DNA of 62,133 nucleotides from Patescibacteria group bacterium (GTDB taxonomy: Bacteria > Patescibacteriota > JABMPQ01 > JAHIRA01): positions 1 through 62,133 of the forward strand of contig JAHISJ010000029.1 of the NCBI GenBank assembly GCA_018818205.1. Reading direction: 5' to 3'. Positions 52,562-62,095 of the stretch are shown here, piece after piece (position 1 is the stretch's first letter; each line of letters begins with the position of its first letter). The position numbers were made by a program, and so were the translations under genes. The notes under the pieces were generated by a model that had not been told where the DNA came from, did not search any database, and saw only the letters and a list, made by a program, of their open reading frames with translations.

Positions 52562-55000
52562 ATGAAACAATTGTGTGTTTTTATTATTGTGCTGGCATTT
52601 ATTTTTGGATGCGGCACTCGTTCAAACGAGACTGATGGCGGTACCAATGATCAAAAGCAAGCAACGTGTCCAGATGGATATATTAAGAAGGAAGGTTTGT
52701 GTTGTTTGATTGGTCTTACTACCATTTGTAATAGGAGATGCTACCCAAATGATTGTTTATGCGTTCAAGATACAGTAGTATGCCCCGGTGAGAAGTTTTG
52801 TGAAAAGGGTTTGGTGTGTCGCACAGTTGAAGAATGCAAGAAAATTGCCAACAAAGCATATTGTGTTCCAAACGGAGGAACTGTTTGTCCAGAAGGACAT
52901 GTATGTGCGCAAAGCGATGTCTGTTCATTATTTGGTTGTTGTCCAAAAGAGCGCTCATTCATTTGTGGAAGTGAATGTTGTGAAAGCCAAAGCCTATGTA
53001 TTACATACCGCGGGAAAAAACTGTGCATTCCTAAAGGATCTGAAGTGTGTAGCGATTCATTATATTGCTCCCCAGGACTTACATGTTCTCCAGACAAAAA
53101 AACGTGCTTACTTACTAATCAAGATTATTGTGGTAATGGAATCAGTTGTCCGCAAGGGCAATTTTGCTTAAAGAACAATGCTGCTAGACAGTGTTGTCCA
53201 CGAGTACTGCCACAACTGTGCGGCTCAAGCTGTTGTCCAAAAACATATGAGTGTAAGTTTGGAAAGCTTTGTATTCCAAAAGGTGCGGAGCTTTGTACTT
53301 CTTCAGGAACTTTTTGTCCAAGTGGGTGGAAATGTGGTCAGAAATTTCAGTGTATTCCAAACACTGCAACAGAATGTGGGTCAAGTTGGTGTATGCCAGG
53401 AACCGTGTGCACGAGTGGTGTTTGTTGTGATACACATAGCAACACAATGTGTGGTGGAAAGTGCTGCCCCAATTATTTCAAGTGTGCATCTGGCGTGTGC
53501 GTTCCACCAAATGGGACGCTTTGTAGCGGTGGAATATGGTGCGCTCAGGATTCAAAATGTTCAAAGGATGGGAAGTCTTGCATACCGCTTTTTCAGGAAG
53601 AATGTGACCAAAAACTATGCGATCACGGTGAAATTTGTGCTGGCACGGCACCAAATAGGATATGTTGTTTGCAAGAAACACCTATCGCGTGTGGCACTCA
53701 TTGTTGTGCAGTTGAGGAAGAATGTCTGCGTACAAAGAATGGGTATGCGTGTGTTCCCCAAGGAGCCGCGGCATGTACAAAGGAACAGAAGCCAGAGTAT
53801 TGTATTTTTGGTATGAAATGTGGCAAGCTCAAGTGTCTGTATCAGTACGAGAATGAATGTCCAGATGGGCATTCATGCCAGACAGGACTTGAGTGTGCAA
53901 AGAATGAAAATGAAGACTATGTTTGTTGTAAAAATGGTGAGCACGGATGTGGGGTGAATTGTTGCAACAGTTCTGAAGTTTGTCTAAATGGCAGGTGTAT
54001 CGATGGGAGTGTGGTGCATAGTCGTTGTTCTAACTCTAGTGAATGTGTTGCTCCATTAAAATGTGTGCGACCAGCAACAAATGCCAATTATTTTGTTAAT
54101 GTAGCGTTGCCTACACATACAAAACAGGGATATTGTGAGCATGCTGCAGACTGGGTTGATAAGAAGCTCATGTTGTGGACCTTTGAAGGCAAATGTCACG
54201 AGGAAGCGTCATTCTCTCTGAATTTTGGACATCTTCCTTGCTTAGCAATGCCTGAAGATGGTAGGAAGTTTTGTGGGTGTTTAGAATGTACTTTGACTAT
54301 GCCCATAAGCTCAAGGAAATGTATTCCAGATCCAACATGCATGAAAAAGTGTGATGAGCACAAAGACATACTTCCAAAAGCGTATTCCATTTTGGTGAGA
54401 ACCCGTGAAGGATTTATGGACCCGACTATTAGAAATGACCGTCAGCATGTTAATGGATTTTGTGAAGTTGATGATTTGTGTCTTGATAGAGCCTATATTA
54501 TAGATAATCGTGAAGGAAAAGGAGGATTCCACGGACCAGTCGGAAGAATCAAAGTGTTTTTTATAGATATGTCACGTGGTTTTAAAAATTCTAGATTTTA
54601 CTCAGAATTTCAATACTCTAAAAATACTGAAATAATTTTGTTTGGACCACTTAATGAGGAGGGTAAAAGTGAGTGGGACGACAATCAAAGTGTCGCGTAT
54701 AAACACACAACAGTTTTACGTTGGAAGACATGGAACAGATTGCATCCAAATTCCAGAGACAGAGTAGGTATTTTGGTTTTTGAGAGTGATGGGTGTGGCG
54801 AAGCTGAGAGTCTTCCAATTATTGGTGGCATTGCAGGGTATGGCTGTAGAAAGTATCGTGAGGATGATTTATTGGGAATCGTTGAGCTTTTTAAATCCGA
54901 GACAATGAGCCCAGGCGGTAAACGTTTTTGTCTTCACAGAGATGGTAATCCAAAAGCTCCTTGTGATGGCTATATATGGCTTCGCACAAGAACTCGGTAG
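52562..55000 (+). CDS. Cysteine-rich repeat lipoprotein with a ~300-aa non-repetitive C-terminal domain (812 aa)
   Basis: A GGAGGGAGTC SD is present, with the lipobox-like AFIFGC. It has about 500 aa of modules such as CGSSCCPKTYECKFGKLCIPKGAELC, CGGKCCPNYFKCASGVCVPPNGTLC and CGTHCCAVEEEC. The C-terminal domain is Cys-poor and I cannot assign it. Confidence 0.7.
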   Translation: MKQLCVFIIVLAFIFGCGTRSNETDGGTNDQKQATCPDGYIKKEGLCCLIGLTTICNRRCYPNDCLCVQDTVVCPGEKFCEKGLVCRTVEECKKIANKAYCVPNGGTVCPEGHVCAQSDVCSLFGCCPKERSFICGSECCESQSLCITYRGKKLCIPKGSEVCSDSLYCSPGLTCSPDKKTCLLTNQDYCGNGISCPQGQFCLKNNAARQCCPRVLPQLCGSSCCPKTYECKFGKLCIPKGAELCTSSGTFCPSGWKCGQKFQCIPNTATECGSSWCMPGTVCTSGVCCDTHSNTMCGGKCCPNYFKCASGVCVPPNGTLCSGGIWCAQDSKCSKDGKSCIPLFQEECDQKLCDHGEICAGTAPNRICCLQETPIACGTHCCAVEEECLRTKNGYACVPQGAAACTKEQKPEYCIFGMKCGKLKCLYQYENECPDGHSCQTGLECAKNENEDYVCCKNGEHGCGVNCCNSSEVCLNGRCIDGSVVHSRCSNSSECVAPLKCVRPATNANYFVNVALPTHTKQGYCEHAADWVDKKLMLWTFEGKCHEEASFSLNFGHLPCLAMPEDGRKFCGCLECTLTMPISSRKCIPDPTCMKKCDEHKDILPKAYSILVRTREGFMDPTIRNDRQHVNGFCEVDDLCLDRAYIIDNREGKGGFHGPVGRIKVFFIDMSRGFKNSRFYSEFQYSKNTEIILFGPLNEEGKSEWDDNQSVAYKHTTVLRWKTWNRLHPNSRDRVGILVFESDGCGEAESLPIIGGIAGYGCRKYREDDLLGIVELFKSETMSPGGKRFCLHRDGNPKAPCDGYIWLRTRTR

Positions 55001-55018
55001 ATTGAAAAAAATATTATT

Positions 55019-55052
55019 CTGTCAGATGTACATTGTACACTGACAGTTTTTT
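55019..55052. terminator. Bidirectional terminator hairpin between the convergent 52562-55000 gene and holA
   Basis: CTGTCAG..TGTACATTGTACA..CTGACAG followed by TTTTTT. Confidence 0.7.
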
Positions 55053-55061
55053 GTTTTCTTT

Positions 55062-56003
55062 TTATCTAATACTCACCAAAAATGACTGAAACGCATCTTC
55101 TGATTTGGTGTTTGATTTTACCGTACTATCGAGCACCAAAATATATTTATATATTTGTTTAAGCTTAACAACAGAAAAGTTCTCGGCAAGAACCTTGGTT
55201 TTGTTAAATACGAATGGGTGCATTCTAACTTCGCTCAGTATTTCTTGTTCGCTTCTTCCTTCGTCTTGGAGTGATTTTATAAGCAGCATGTTTCTAAATT
55301 GATACGCAATCATTGAGACGATGTACGGAATGTTCTCGCCTTTTTTGAGATTCTCATTAAATAGTGATAACGCCTTGTTAAAGTCATTTTTTGCGACGTA
55401 TTCTATAAAAACAAAAATGGTTTCCTCTGTTGTTTTTGGAATGAGTGCATCAATGTCTTCCTCAGTTATTGTTTTTGAGTCTCTTGAGTAGGCACAGAGC
55501 TTGTCTAGCTCATTTGAAAGCCTAACAAGATTTTGCCCGACACTAAATGCGAGTTTTTGCTGAGCTTGAGCATCTATAGCATACCCTCTTTCTTTGCACG
55601 TTGCAGAAATACGCTGCTTTATTTCAGATTCTTTGGGCAGTGGGTACTCTTTGATACTTGCATGTTTTTTAAACGCTTTGTAGGGGCGTCTTTTTTTGTC
55701 GACTTTGCGTTCCAAAAAAAGGGCATTTGCTGTCTTACTTTTGCCGTGTTTTTCTACGAGAGTTACCAGCGCATCTGCATCTGCTTTTTTTATCTTTTTT
55801 ATAAAGTCTTTTACCACTACCAAAGTGAGCGCTCCAAAAAGCGATCGATTTTTAAGTGCTCCTGCAATGTCGCTTACCGTGTTTTCATTATCAAGAGAGA
55901 CGATGTTAAGGCCAGACGGCGCATTTTTCTTGAATGCATTTTTAACCAGATCAACTTGTTTTTGAAGAGCGCTTGGGTCATCGCCAAAATAGAGGTACAG
56001 CAT
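55062..56003 (-). CDS. holA: DNA polymerase III delta subunit
   Basis: Its size (313 aa), N-terminal LYLYFGDD...L and helical C-terminal domains fit HolA. Its ATG overlaps the polA stop (TAATG). Confidence 0.65.
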   Translation of the reverse strand: MLYLYFGDDPSALQKQVDLVKNAFKKNAPSGLNIVSLDNENTVSDIAGALKNRSLFGALTLVVVKDFIKKIKKADADALVTLVEKHGKSKTANALFLERKVDKKRRPYKAFKKHASIKEYPLPKESEIKQRISATCKERGYAIDAQAQQKLAFSVGQNLVRLSNELDKLCAYSRDSKTITEEDIDALIPKTTEETIFVFIEYVAKNDFNKALSLFNENLKKGENIPYIVSMIAYQFRNMLLIKSLQDEGRSEQEILSEVRMHPFVFNKTKVLAENFSVVKLKQIYKYILVLDSTVKSNTKSEDAFQSFLVSIR

Positions 56004-58786
56004 TATTTTAAAGCTCCCCAGTTTTTTCCGGTTCCCATGTTGACGGTAAGAGGGACATCAAGCTTAAACGCTGTTTCCATTTTTTCCTTAATGATAGGTT
56101 GTAATTCTTGGACTTTTGACTCGTCAGCTTCAAAGACAAGCTCGTCGTGAATTTGTAAGACCATAGCCATTTTGAGGTTTTCTTTCTTGGTTAGCTCAAA
56201 GATGTCTCGCATGGCAATTTTAATGATATCCGCCGCGGTTCCTTGCACGGGCATGTTAATTGCGATTCGTTCCCCGGCACTTACTACCGGCCCTGATTGT
56301 GCTTGAAGCTCCGGTAAGTTTCGTCTTCTGCCGGTAAGCGTTTCTACGTATCCTTTGAGCCGAGCGTCTGCCACAATATCGTTCATATAGTCTTTAATGC
56401 CAGTGTATCTCTCAAAGTAGCGGGTGATAAATTCACGTGCGTCATCAAAAGTGATCCCCATTCTTGTTGCAAGGCCATATGGGCTCATACCGTAAATAAT
56501 ACCAAAGTTGATTGTTTTTGCCGTATCTCTTTCTTCCGGCGTTACGTTTGATTGTTTTTTGTCAAACATAAGTGAGGCGGTGTAGGTATGAATATCTTGA
56601 TTTTCTCTAAATGCCTTAATCATTTCTTTGTCTTGTGCGATATGCGCTACAACGCGTAAGTCAATCTGACTGTAATCCGCGGAGATAAATATTTTTCCTT
56701 TGTCTGAAACAAACGCTTTTCTGATTTTAGTGCCAAAGTGCGATCTAACCGGAATGTTTTGCAAGTTTGGGTCAGAGGAGGAGAGCCTGCCGGTTGCAGT
56801 GACGGTTTGATTAAAGCTTGTGTGGATCCTGCCGGTTTTAGGATTAATAAGATCCGGAAGCGTGTCTATGTAGGTATTTTTGAGCTTGGTAAGTTCTCTA
56901 TATTCTTCAATACAACCAATAATAGGATGTGCCTTGTGGAGTTTTTGTAATTCTGATGAGGCGGTCGAGTAGCCCGTTTGTGTTTTTTTGATTCCTTGGA
57001 TGGGGAGCTTTAGGGTGTCAAAGAGGATTTTTGAGAGTTGCTGCGTTGAGTTAATGTTAAATGCTGAAGTTCCCGCGAGTTTATAAATCTCTTTTGCGAG
57101 ACCGACAATATTTTTTCCAAATTCTTTTGAAAGCTTTTTAAGGATTGAGGCATTTACTTTAATGCCGTGCATTTCCATGCTTGCAAGAACGTATATAAGC
57201 GGCATCTCTATCGTTTTGAATAGTTTCTCAAGCTTTTTTTCTTTGATAAATTGCTTTTTGTAGAGCTTAAACAGTCTAAACGTCATGTCCGCATCTTCAG
57301 CGGCATAAAAGGCGAGCTTCTCTTCTTCAACATCCGTTAGTGCCTTTTTATTTTTACCGGTCCCCACTAAGTCACTATACGTCATCATTTTGTAGGAGAG
57401 CTCCTGAAAAACGAGATCGTCGAGATTATATCTGCGAATACCGGGAAGAAGAAGATACGCGGCAATCATCGTGTCAAATTTGATTCCGGAGAGGGGGAAG
57501 CCCGCGTTTTCTAAAATGATAAAATCATATTTAATGTTGTGCCCAATTTTGTGTATCGTTTTACTTGCAAGGATATTTTTTAGTCTTTTTTTATGAGAGG
57601 CAGAAAGGCGAGAAATGTCTGAGAGATACGTTGCTTCTCCTTTTCTTATGCAAAATGATATACCCAGAAGTGTTGCCTCCATAGGGTGGAGCGATGTGGT
57701 TTCTGTGTCTATGGTAATCAGTTTTTGTTTTTCAAGAGATGATAACAGTTTCTGAGCAGGTGCGTTATCACCTCCCTTGACATGGGTATAGGCGACGTTA
57801 TTTCTTTGACACGTTTTTTTAAGTGAAAATGGACCGGTTTCTTTTGGCTTGTCAAAGAGTGTACGTTGACCGGAGGTCGGTGGTTTGTACTCAGGAATTT
57901 TAGCAAGGAGTTGTTTAAACTCAAGTTCTCTAAATAAATTAATCACGGTCTCAGGATCATAATCTTTTAGTTCACATGCCGTGAGATCAAAATCGATTCT
58001 AATATCAGTGATAATAGTGCCGAGTCTTTTTGAGAGGAACGCTTGCTCTTCTTGCTCGAGAAGATTTTCTAACGCTTTTGGTCGAACCAGTTTTTCTTTT
58101 TTATTCTTTGTAGCAAACCCCGGCTTCTTAATTTCTTTGTACAGATTTTCTAACGTACCAAAATGGTTAAGGAGTGTAATTGCTGTTTTTTCTCCTATTC
58201 CCGTTACGCCGGGGATATTGTCGGAAGCATCTCCCGCAAGACCTTTAAAATCCACCAGTTGATCAGGCTTTAAGCCATTGTATTTATTTATGACCTTTTT
58301 TGTGTCGTACAAAACGGTGTCTTTTATTCCACGTCTAAGCGTATAGACATTTGTGTTGCTATCAACGAGCTGCAGTGCGTCGTTATCACCCGTGACAATC
58401 ACGTTAGGGACGTTGCAGGTCTTTGAGAGTGTGCCAATAAAGTCGTCAGCCTCATAGCCCTTCATTGAGTAGATGGGAATGTTAAATGCCTTAACGATTT
58501 CTTTGACGCGAGGGAACTGACGATAGAGCTCGGTTGGCGCTGCTTCTCTTTTGCCTTTGTAGTCCTTAAATATTTTGTGTCTAAACGTGTCACCTTTTCT
58601 GTCAAACGCAACAGCGACATGAGTTGGTTTTAGTTCCTGAAACGCTTTGAGCATGGTGGTTGTGAACCCGTAGACACCATTAACCATTTCACCCTTTGAT
58701 GTGGTAAGTGGTGGCAGGGCGTGGAAACCTCTGTGTACGAGCGCGTTTCCATCGATTAGAACGAGTTTTATTCTTTTTTTTGCCAT
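56003..58786 (-). CDS. polA: DNA polymerase I
   Basis: The 5'-nuclease N-terminus is LVLIDGNALVHRGFHA. A 3'-5' exo-like region (ITIDTETTSL) is present. Polymerase motifs are DYSQIDLRVVAH, RDTAKTINFGIIYG and QIHDELVFE. Confidence 0.95.
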   Translation of the reverse strand: MAKKRIKLVLIDGNALVHRGFHALPPLTTSKGEMVNGVYGFTTTMLKAFQELKPTHVAVAFDRKGDTFRHKIFKDYKGKREAAPTELYRQFPRVKEIVKAFNIPIYSMKGYEADDFIGTLSKTCNVPNVIVTGDNDALQLVDSNTNVYTLRRGIKDTVLYDTKKVINKYNGLKPDQLVDFKGLAGDASDNIPGVTGIGEKTAITLLNHFGTLENLYKEIKKPGFATKNKKEKLVRPKALENLLEQEEQAFLSKRLGTIITDIRIDFDLTACELKDYDPETVINLFRELEFKQLLAKIPEYKPPTSGQRTLFDKPKETGPFSLKKTCQRNNVAYTHVKGGDNAPAQKLLSSLEKQKLITIDTETTSLHPMEATLLGISFCIRKGEATYLSDISRLSASHKKRLKNILASKTIHKIGHNIKYDFIILENAGFPLSGIKFDTMIAAYLLLPGIRRYNLDDLVFQELSYKMMTYSDLVGTGKNKKALTDVEEEKLAFYAAEDADMTFRLFKLYKKQFIKEKKLEKLFKTIEMPLIYVLASMEMHGIKVNASILKKLSKEFGKNIVGLAKEIYKLAGTSAFNINSTQQLSKILFDTLKLPIQGIKKTQTGYSTASSELQKLHKAHPIIGCIEEYRELTKLKNTYIDTLPDLINPKTGRIHTSFNQTVTATGRLSSSDPNLQNIPVRSHFGTKIRKAFVSDKGKIFISADYSQIDLRVVAHIAQDKEMIKAFRENQDIHTYTASLMFDKKQSNVTPEERDTAKTINFGIIYGMSPYGLATRMGITFDDAREFITRYFERYTGIKDYMNDIVADARLKGYVETLTGRRRNLPELQAQSGPVVSAGERIAINMPVQGTAADIIKIAMRDIFELTKKENLKMAMVLQIHDELVFEADESKVQELQPIIKEKMETAFKLDVPLTVNMGTGKNWGALK

Positions 58787-58897
58787 GCTATTTGCTCATT
58801 TTTTCTATAATAAAAGCATACCTTTTTGGTGTGCTTTTAACAAGGGGGAGGGAAGATTGTAGTATATTTTTTGGGCTTTTGTTACCTGATGCTATTT

Positions 58898-59446
58898 TTA
58901 GTTAGTAAACTCAAAACTCTTATAGAATGCTTCAAACGTGTCATCGTCTATTGCTCCATTTGTGATAGCAAATAACTGACCGTCTTTTTCAAAATATACT
59001 GTCTTTAAAATCCAATCCGGATATTTATTGGTCGTTACCGTTACGAGTGTTCCGGTGATATTGTTGTTTACCATTACTTCTTCTCTTGTTTCTTTTCTGT
59101 CAGTGAACTGGTCACCCATTTGCGCGATTACTTTCTCTAATTCGTTTGGTTGGTGAATAAAAATACCCCAAATATATCCTCCGGTTTTTGACTCAGGAGT
59201 ACCAAAATATATTACTTCGTTATTATATTTTTCATAGACCCAATCTTGCGGGTATTTAATGTGGAATCCTATTTGTTCATTTTGATATTCTTGCCAATCG
59301 TTTGCTACTTCGGATTCTTTACTCGTAGATACGTTGTTTTCTGTCACTTTTTTTGTTGAGCTTTGAATTTGCCATAAGTACACCCCTCCTCCGACTATGA
59401 GGGCAATGATTAGTATAGCTAAAATAATTCTTATTGGTTGGTTCAT
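58898..59446 (-). CDS. Membrane-anchored hypothetical protein
   Basis: I chose the start MNQPIRIILAILIIALIVGGGVYLW (TM anchor). The rest is a soluble beta-rich domain with no motif I recognise. Confidence 0.5.
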   Translation of the reverse strand: MNQPIRIILAILIIALIVGGGVYLWQIQSSTKKVTENNVSTSKESEVANDWQEYQNEQIGFHIKYPQDWVYEKYNNEVIYFGTPESKTGGYIWGIFIHQPNELEKVIAQMGDQFTDRKETREEVMVNNNITGTLVTVTTNKYPDWILKTVYFEKDGQLFAITNGAIDDDTFEAFYKSFEFTN

Positions 59447-59513
59447 GCTATTTTTGTATACAATGAAGTATAAATGATATAGAAAATCATGCACTATTTC
59501 CGATAACCTTCTG

Positions 59514-60041
59514 TTATGATCTGTTAGGCGATGTAGTAGAGAGAAATTTCACCCAAACTTGTGACACTTTTTCATATTCTGGTGGTGATAATCGACCGAC
59601 TCTGTCAAAGTCCATATTATCATAAAAACCCCAGCCAGTATCTGATAATTTTTCTGCACTACGAACAATAAACTCTTTATATTTCCGCTTTTTGGCTTGT
59701 TTAATTATATGATTCAGTAATGCAGTACCTACACCTTTTCCTCCTCTGTGTTCTTTGTCAACGTAAAGTATGCATAATTCGGCAGGGGTTTTTGTGGTGG
59801 TAAATTCTAATAACTTTGGGTTTGGCTTTCTAAAACCGGCAACACCAACCACCTTTCCTTCAAAAGTAGCAACATAGTAATGACTATCAAATTTGGGCTT
59901 TGAGGTGCTTTTTGAGATGATATTTTCAATAGATTTGACATAATGGTCCACTTCTTCTTTTGATAACCAATCTGACAAAATAGTATTAACAGTATCGAGA
60001 TCTTTTTGGTTTATTGGACTGATTTCAAATTTGTATTTCAT
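59514..60041 (-). CDS. GNAT-family N-acetyltransferase
   Basis: LYVDKEHRGGKGVGTALLNHIIKQAKK carries the acetyl-CoA motif A (R-x-x-G-x-G). Confidence 0.78.
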   Translation of the reverse strand: MKYKFEISPINQKDLDTVNTILSDWLSKEEVDHYVKSIENIISKSTSKPKFDSHYYVATFEGKVVGVAGFRKPNPKLLEFTTTKTPAELCILYVDKEHRGGKGVGTALLNHIIKQAKKRKYKEFIVRSAEKLSDTGWGFYDNMDFDRVGRLSPPEYEKVSQVWVKFLSTTSPNRS

Positions 60042-60044
60042 AAA

Positions 60045-60070
60045 GAATTTCTATTATTTCGACTAAACTT
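60045..60070 (-). promoter_or_regulatory. Shared upstream 25-nt motif, copy 1 (before the GNAT gene)
   Basis: The plus strand reads GAATTTCTATTATTTCGACTAAACTT. Related copies are at 60603-60628 and 61918-61942. Confidence 0.5.
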
Positions 60071-60121
60071 CGCGGTCATTCGAAGTTACGAAGCAATTTA
60101 GGATATCTACTGTCAGGTGAT

Positions 60122-60162
60122 ATAATTTAAAAATTTAAAAGGATGAAGTTTTTTATTTTTTT
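60122..60162. repeat. Left arm of a ~40-bp inverted repeat bracketing the 60153-60563 gene
   Basis: ATAATTTAAAAATTTAAAAGGATGAAGTTTTTTATTTTTTT. It contains a 28-bp perfect match to the reverse complement of the right arm and overlaps the stop codon. Confidence 0.85.
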
Positions 60163-60563
60163 GTTCCCCATTTTTTATATTTTTTATCTGACCTTTTGGT
60201 TTTCTGTGCAATCTCCTCTGTAACTCTCCTTACTTTTATTGTTTTGTATCCAAGACGAACTACCTTTGTAAATCTATGAATTCCGTCAAGAATAATCCAT
60301 TTTTCTTGATGCTTATAAATTTCAATTGGATATGTAATATCTGCTTTTTCAACTTGTTTTGCATGCGAAATTTCTTTATCAAAATTTTTAATTAACATTC
60401 TTGGAGTTAAATTCCAATCATCTGTTCCTTCTTGCTCAAGATAAGGAATATCTAAATTGTAATCTATTTCTGAAATATCTATTTCTTCTATTGGGATATC
60501 TATTGCCCATAATTTTGGTTCGTCTGTTTTAAATCCTATATTTAATATTTCTGGTAATGGCAT
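60153..60563 (-). CDS. Small ParB/Srx-like domain protein
   Basis: WIILDGIHRFTKVVRLG resembles the ParB N-terminal domain DGxHR motif. It is 136 aa, has no SD and is AT-rich. Confidence 0.5.
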   Translation of the reverse strand: MPLPEILNIGFKTDEPKLWAIDIPIEEIDISEIDYNLDIPYLEQEGTDDWNLTPRMLIKNFDKEISHAKQVEKADITYPIEIYKHQEKWIILDGIHRFTKVVRLGYKTIKVRRVTEEIAQKTKRSDKKYKKWGTKK

Positions 60564-60575
60564 TATTTTAAGATT

Positions 60576-60615
60576 AAAAAATAAAAAACTTCATCCTTTT
60601 AAAATTTTTAATTAT
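60576..60615. repeat. Right arm of the ~40-bp inverted repeat
   Basis: AAAAAATAAAAAACTTCATCCTTTTAAAATTTTTAATTAT, 13-52 nt upstream of the start codon at 60563. Confidence 0.85.
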
Positions 60616-60628
60616 TTCATCTAACGTT
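60603..60628 (-). promoter_or_regulatory. Shared upstream 25-nt motif, copy 2
   Basis: AATTTTTAATTATTTCATCTAACGTT. Confidence 0.5.
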
Positions 60629-60741
60629 CGTGAGTATGAGAAGTTTGCGGAGCAAATTTGGGCGGAGGCTTTTGTATAAAAGCCGTAGCCTCATACACGC
60701 GGTTAGATGATGTAATTAAATTCAGCGAACGATAGCGAGCT

Positions 60742-60758
60742 ATTATTTGGGCAAATTT
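60742..60758. repeat. Left arm of an inverted repeat bracketing the 60757-61866 gene
   Basis: ATTATTTGGGCAAATTT. It overlaps the stop codon. Confidence 0.7.
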
Positions 60759-61866
60759 ATTTTTTCTCTAATAATTTTACTATTCTTATGGCTTCTAACT
60801 CTTCAGAAGGTCGAATATCTATATGTGTTAAACCATATTCTTGCAGTGTTTGCCTCATGTTTTCGATCTGTGATTCAGGAACAAAAACTGTCGATGCTTC
60901 GGATAATGGTACTCCGCCTTTACGGTATGATCTAAGCTCAAAATCTCTTTGCAGTCCTTCTGTGCCTTCTTTGGTTAAATCCTGCAATTTATCTTCTTCA
61001 AATACAATAGTTAATCCGTATAATTTTGAAAGTGTCTCTGGGTCATTTTCAAGCTCTTTTGGTTTTGCTTTGAATTTAAACCCTTCTGCGATTTTGAGTG
61101 CGTCCTCAAAAGTATCAACTTTTTTATCACCACTTATCTTACTTAAATACTGTCGAGTTTCTTCTTGCTTGTTGTCCCAAAAATACCTTACAAAGTTTTC
61201 TACCTTATCACCGTAATCTTGCGAGTTTAATTTCTTATCGGAACTATGGGTATTTTGGTCCTCATATAATGTTTGAAACGATGCTGCTTCTGAAAAATCG
61301 CCGTCTGTAAAAGAGGCTCCTCGAGAGCTGTACATACCTTCTTGGTCGCTTCCAGTTTTGATGTTGCCGGATTCTAACATTCTCCCAAAGTTGAAATCGT
61401 TAGTTGTGTGTAAAACTTTACCTTTTAAATCGTAAAATTGATCAACGCGCCCCTCCTGATTACCCAAGATTTTTTCGAAATACAAAAAATCTTCCGGTGA
61501 TAAAGTCTCAGCTACTTTTTTTAGTCGTTGCAGATTATCAAGCCTTTCGTTATCTCTTTGCGCTTGTTTAATGGTACTATCGACCATATTTTGATGAATC
61601 ATATCTGTACTTTCTTGACCAAGTTTTGTCCCAAGGCCTTCTTCAAGTTCTACTACTTTAGATTGATATTCCTGTTCTCTTTGTTCCTGAATTTGTTGTA
61701 TTTCTTCCGGGGAAGAAGTCTGATGATTGAATACTTCTAACTCTTGATTAATTTGAGTTAATCTTTCGTTCCTTATTTCAGAAGGTGGCTTCTCAGATTG
61801 GGGCTGAACTGTTTTTTCAGCTTCTTGAGGCTGTACTTCTTTTTGTGTGTCTTCTGGGTTTTTCAT
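60757..61866 (-). CDS. Hypothetical protein (369 aa): Q/E-rich N-terminus, globular C-terminal part
   Basis: Clean ORF with no SD. No motif recognised. Confidence 0.55.
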   Translation of the reverse strand: MKNPEDTQKEVQPQEAEKTVQPQSEKPPSEIRNERLTQINQELEVFNHQTSSPEEIQQIQEQREQEYQSKVVELEEGLGTKLGQESTDMIHQNMVDSTIKQAQRDNERLDNLQRLKKVAETLSPEDFLYFEKILGNQEGRVDQFYDLKGKVLHTTNDFNFGRMLESGNIKTGSDQEGMYSSRGASFTDGDFSEAASFQTLYEDQNTHSSDKKLNSQDYGDKVENFVRYFWDNKQEETRQYLSKISGDKKVDTFEDALKIAEGFKFKAKPKELENDPETLSKLYGLTIVFEEDKLQDLTKEGTEGLQRDFELRSYRKGGVPLSEASTVFVPESQIENMRQTLQEYGLTHIDIRPSEELEAIRIVKLLEKK

Positions 61867-61879
61867 AAAAATAGAAATT

Positions 61880-61896
61880 AAATTTGCCCGAATAAT
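61880..61896. repeat. Right arm of the inverted repeat bracketing the 60757-61866 gene
   Basis: AAATTTGCCCGAATAAT. It matches the reverse complement of 60742-60758 at 16/17 positions and lies 14-30 nt upstream of the start codon. Confidence 0.7.
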
Positions 61897-61917
61897 TTTT
61901 CGGCAATGGCCGAAAAG

Positions 61918-61942
61918 AATTTAATTATTTCATACAACGTTT
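61918..61942 (-). promoter_or_regulatory. Shared upstream 25-nt motif, copy 3
   Basis: GAATTTAATTATTTCATACAACGTT. Confidence 0.5.
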
Positions 61943-62034
61943 AGCACACTAGTGTCCGGTTAAACACCTCCCGAACATCGATAAATAAATAATATAAGCC
62001 AAAAACTGAAGATTAGATCATTTTTCGATTTGAA

Positions 62035-62095
62035 TTGATTCATGTATATAATTAGTAAATAGACTATCAATTTACTAATTATATACATGAATCAA
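62035..62095. repeat. Perfect 26-bp inverted repeat with a 9-nt spacer
   Basis: TTGATTCATGTATATAATTAGTAAAT-AGACTATCA-ATTTACTAATTATATACATGAATCAA. The right arm contains the ATG at 62087. Confidence 0.9.
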
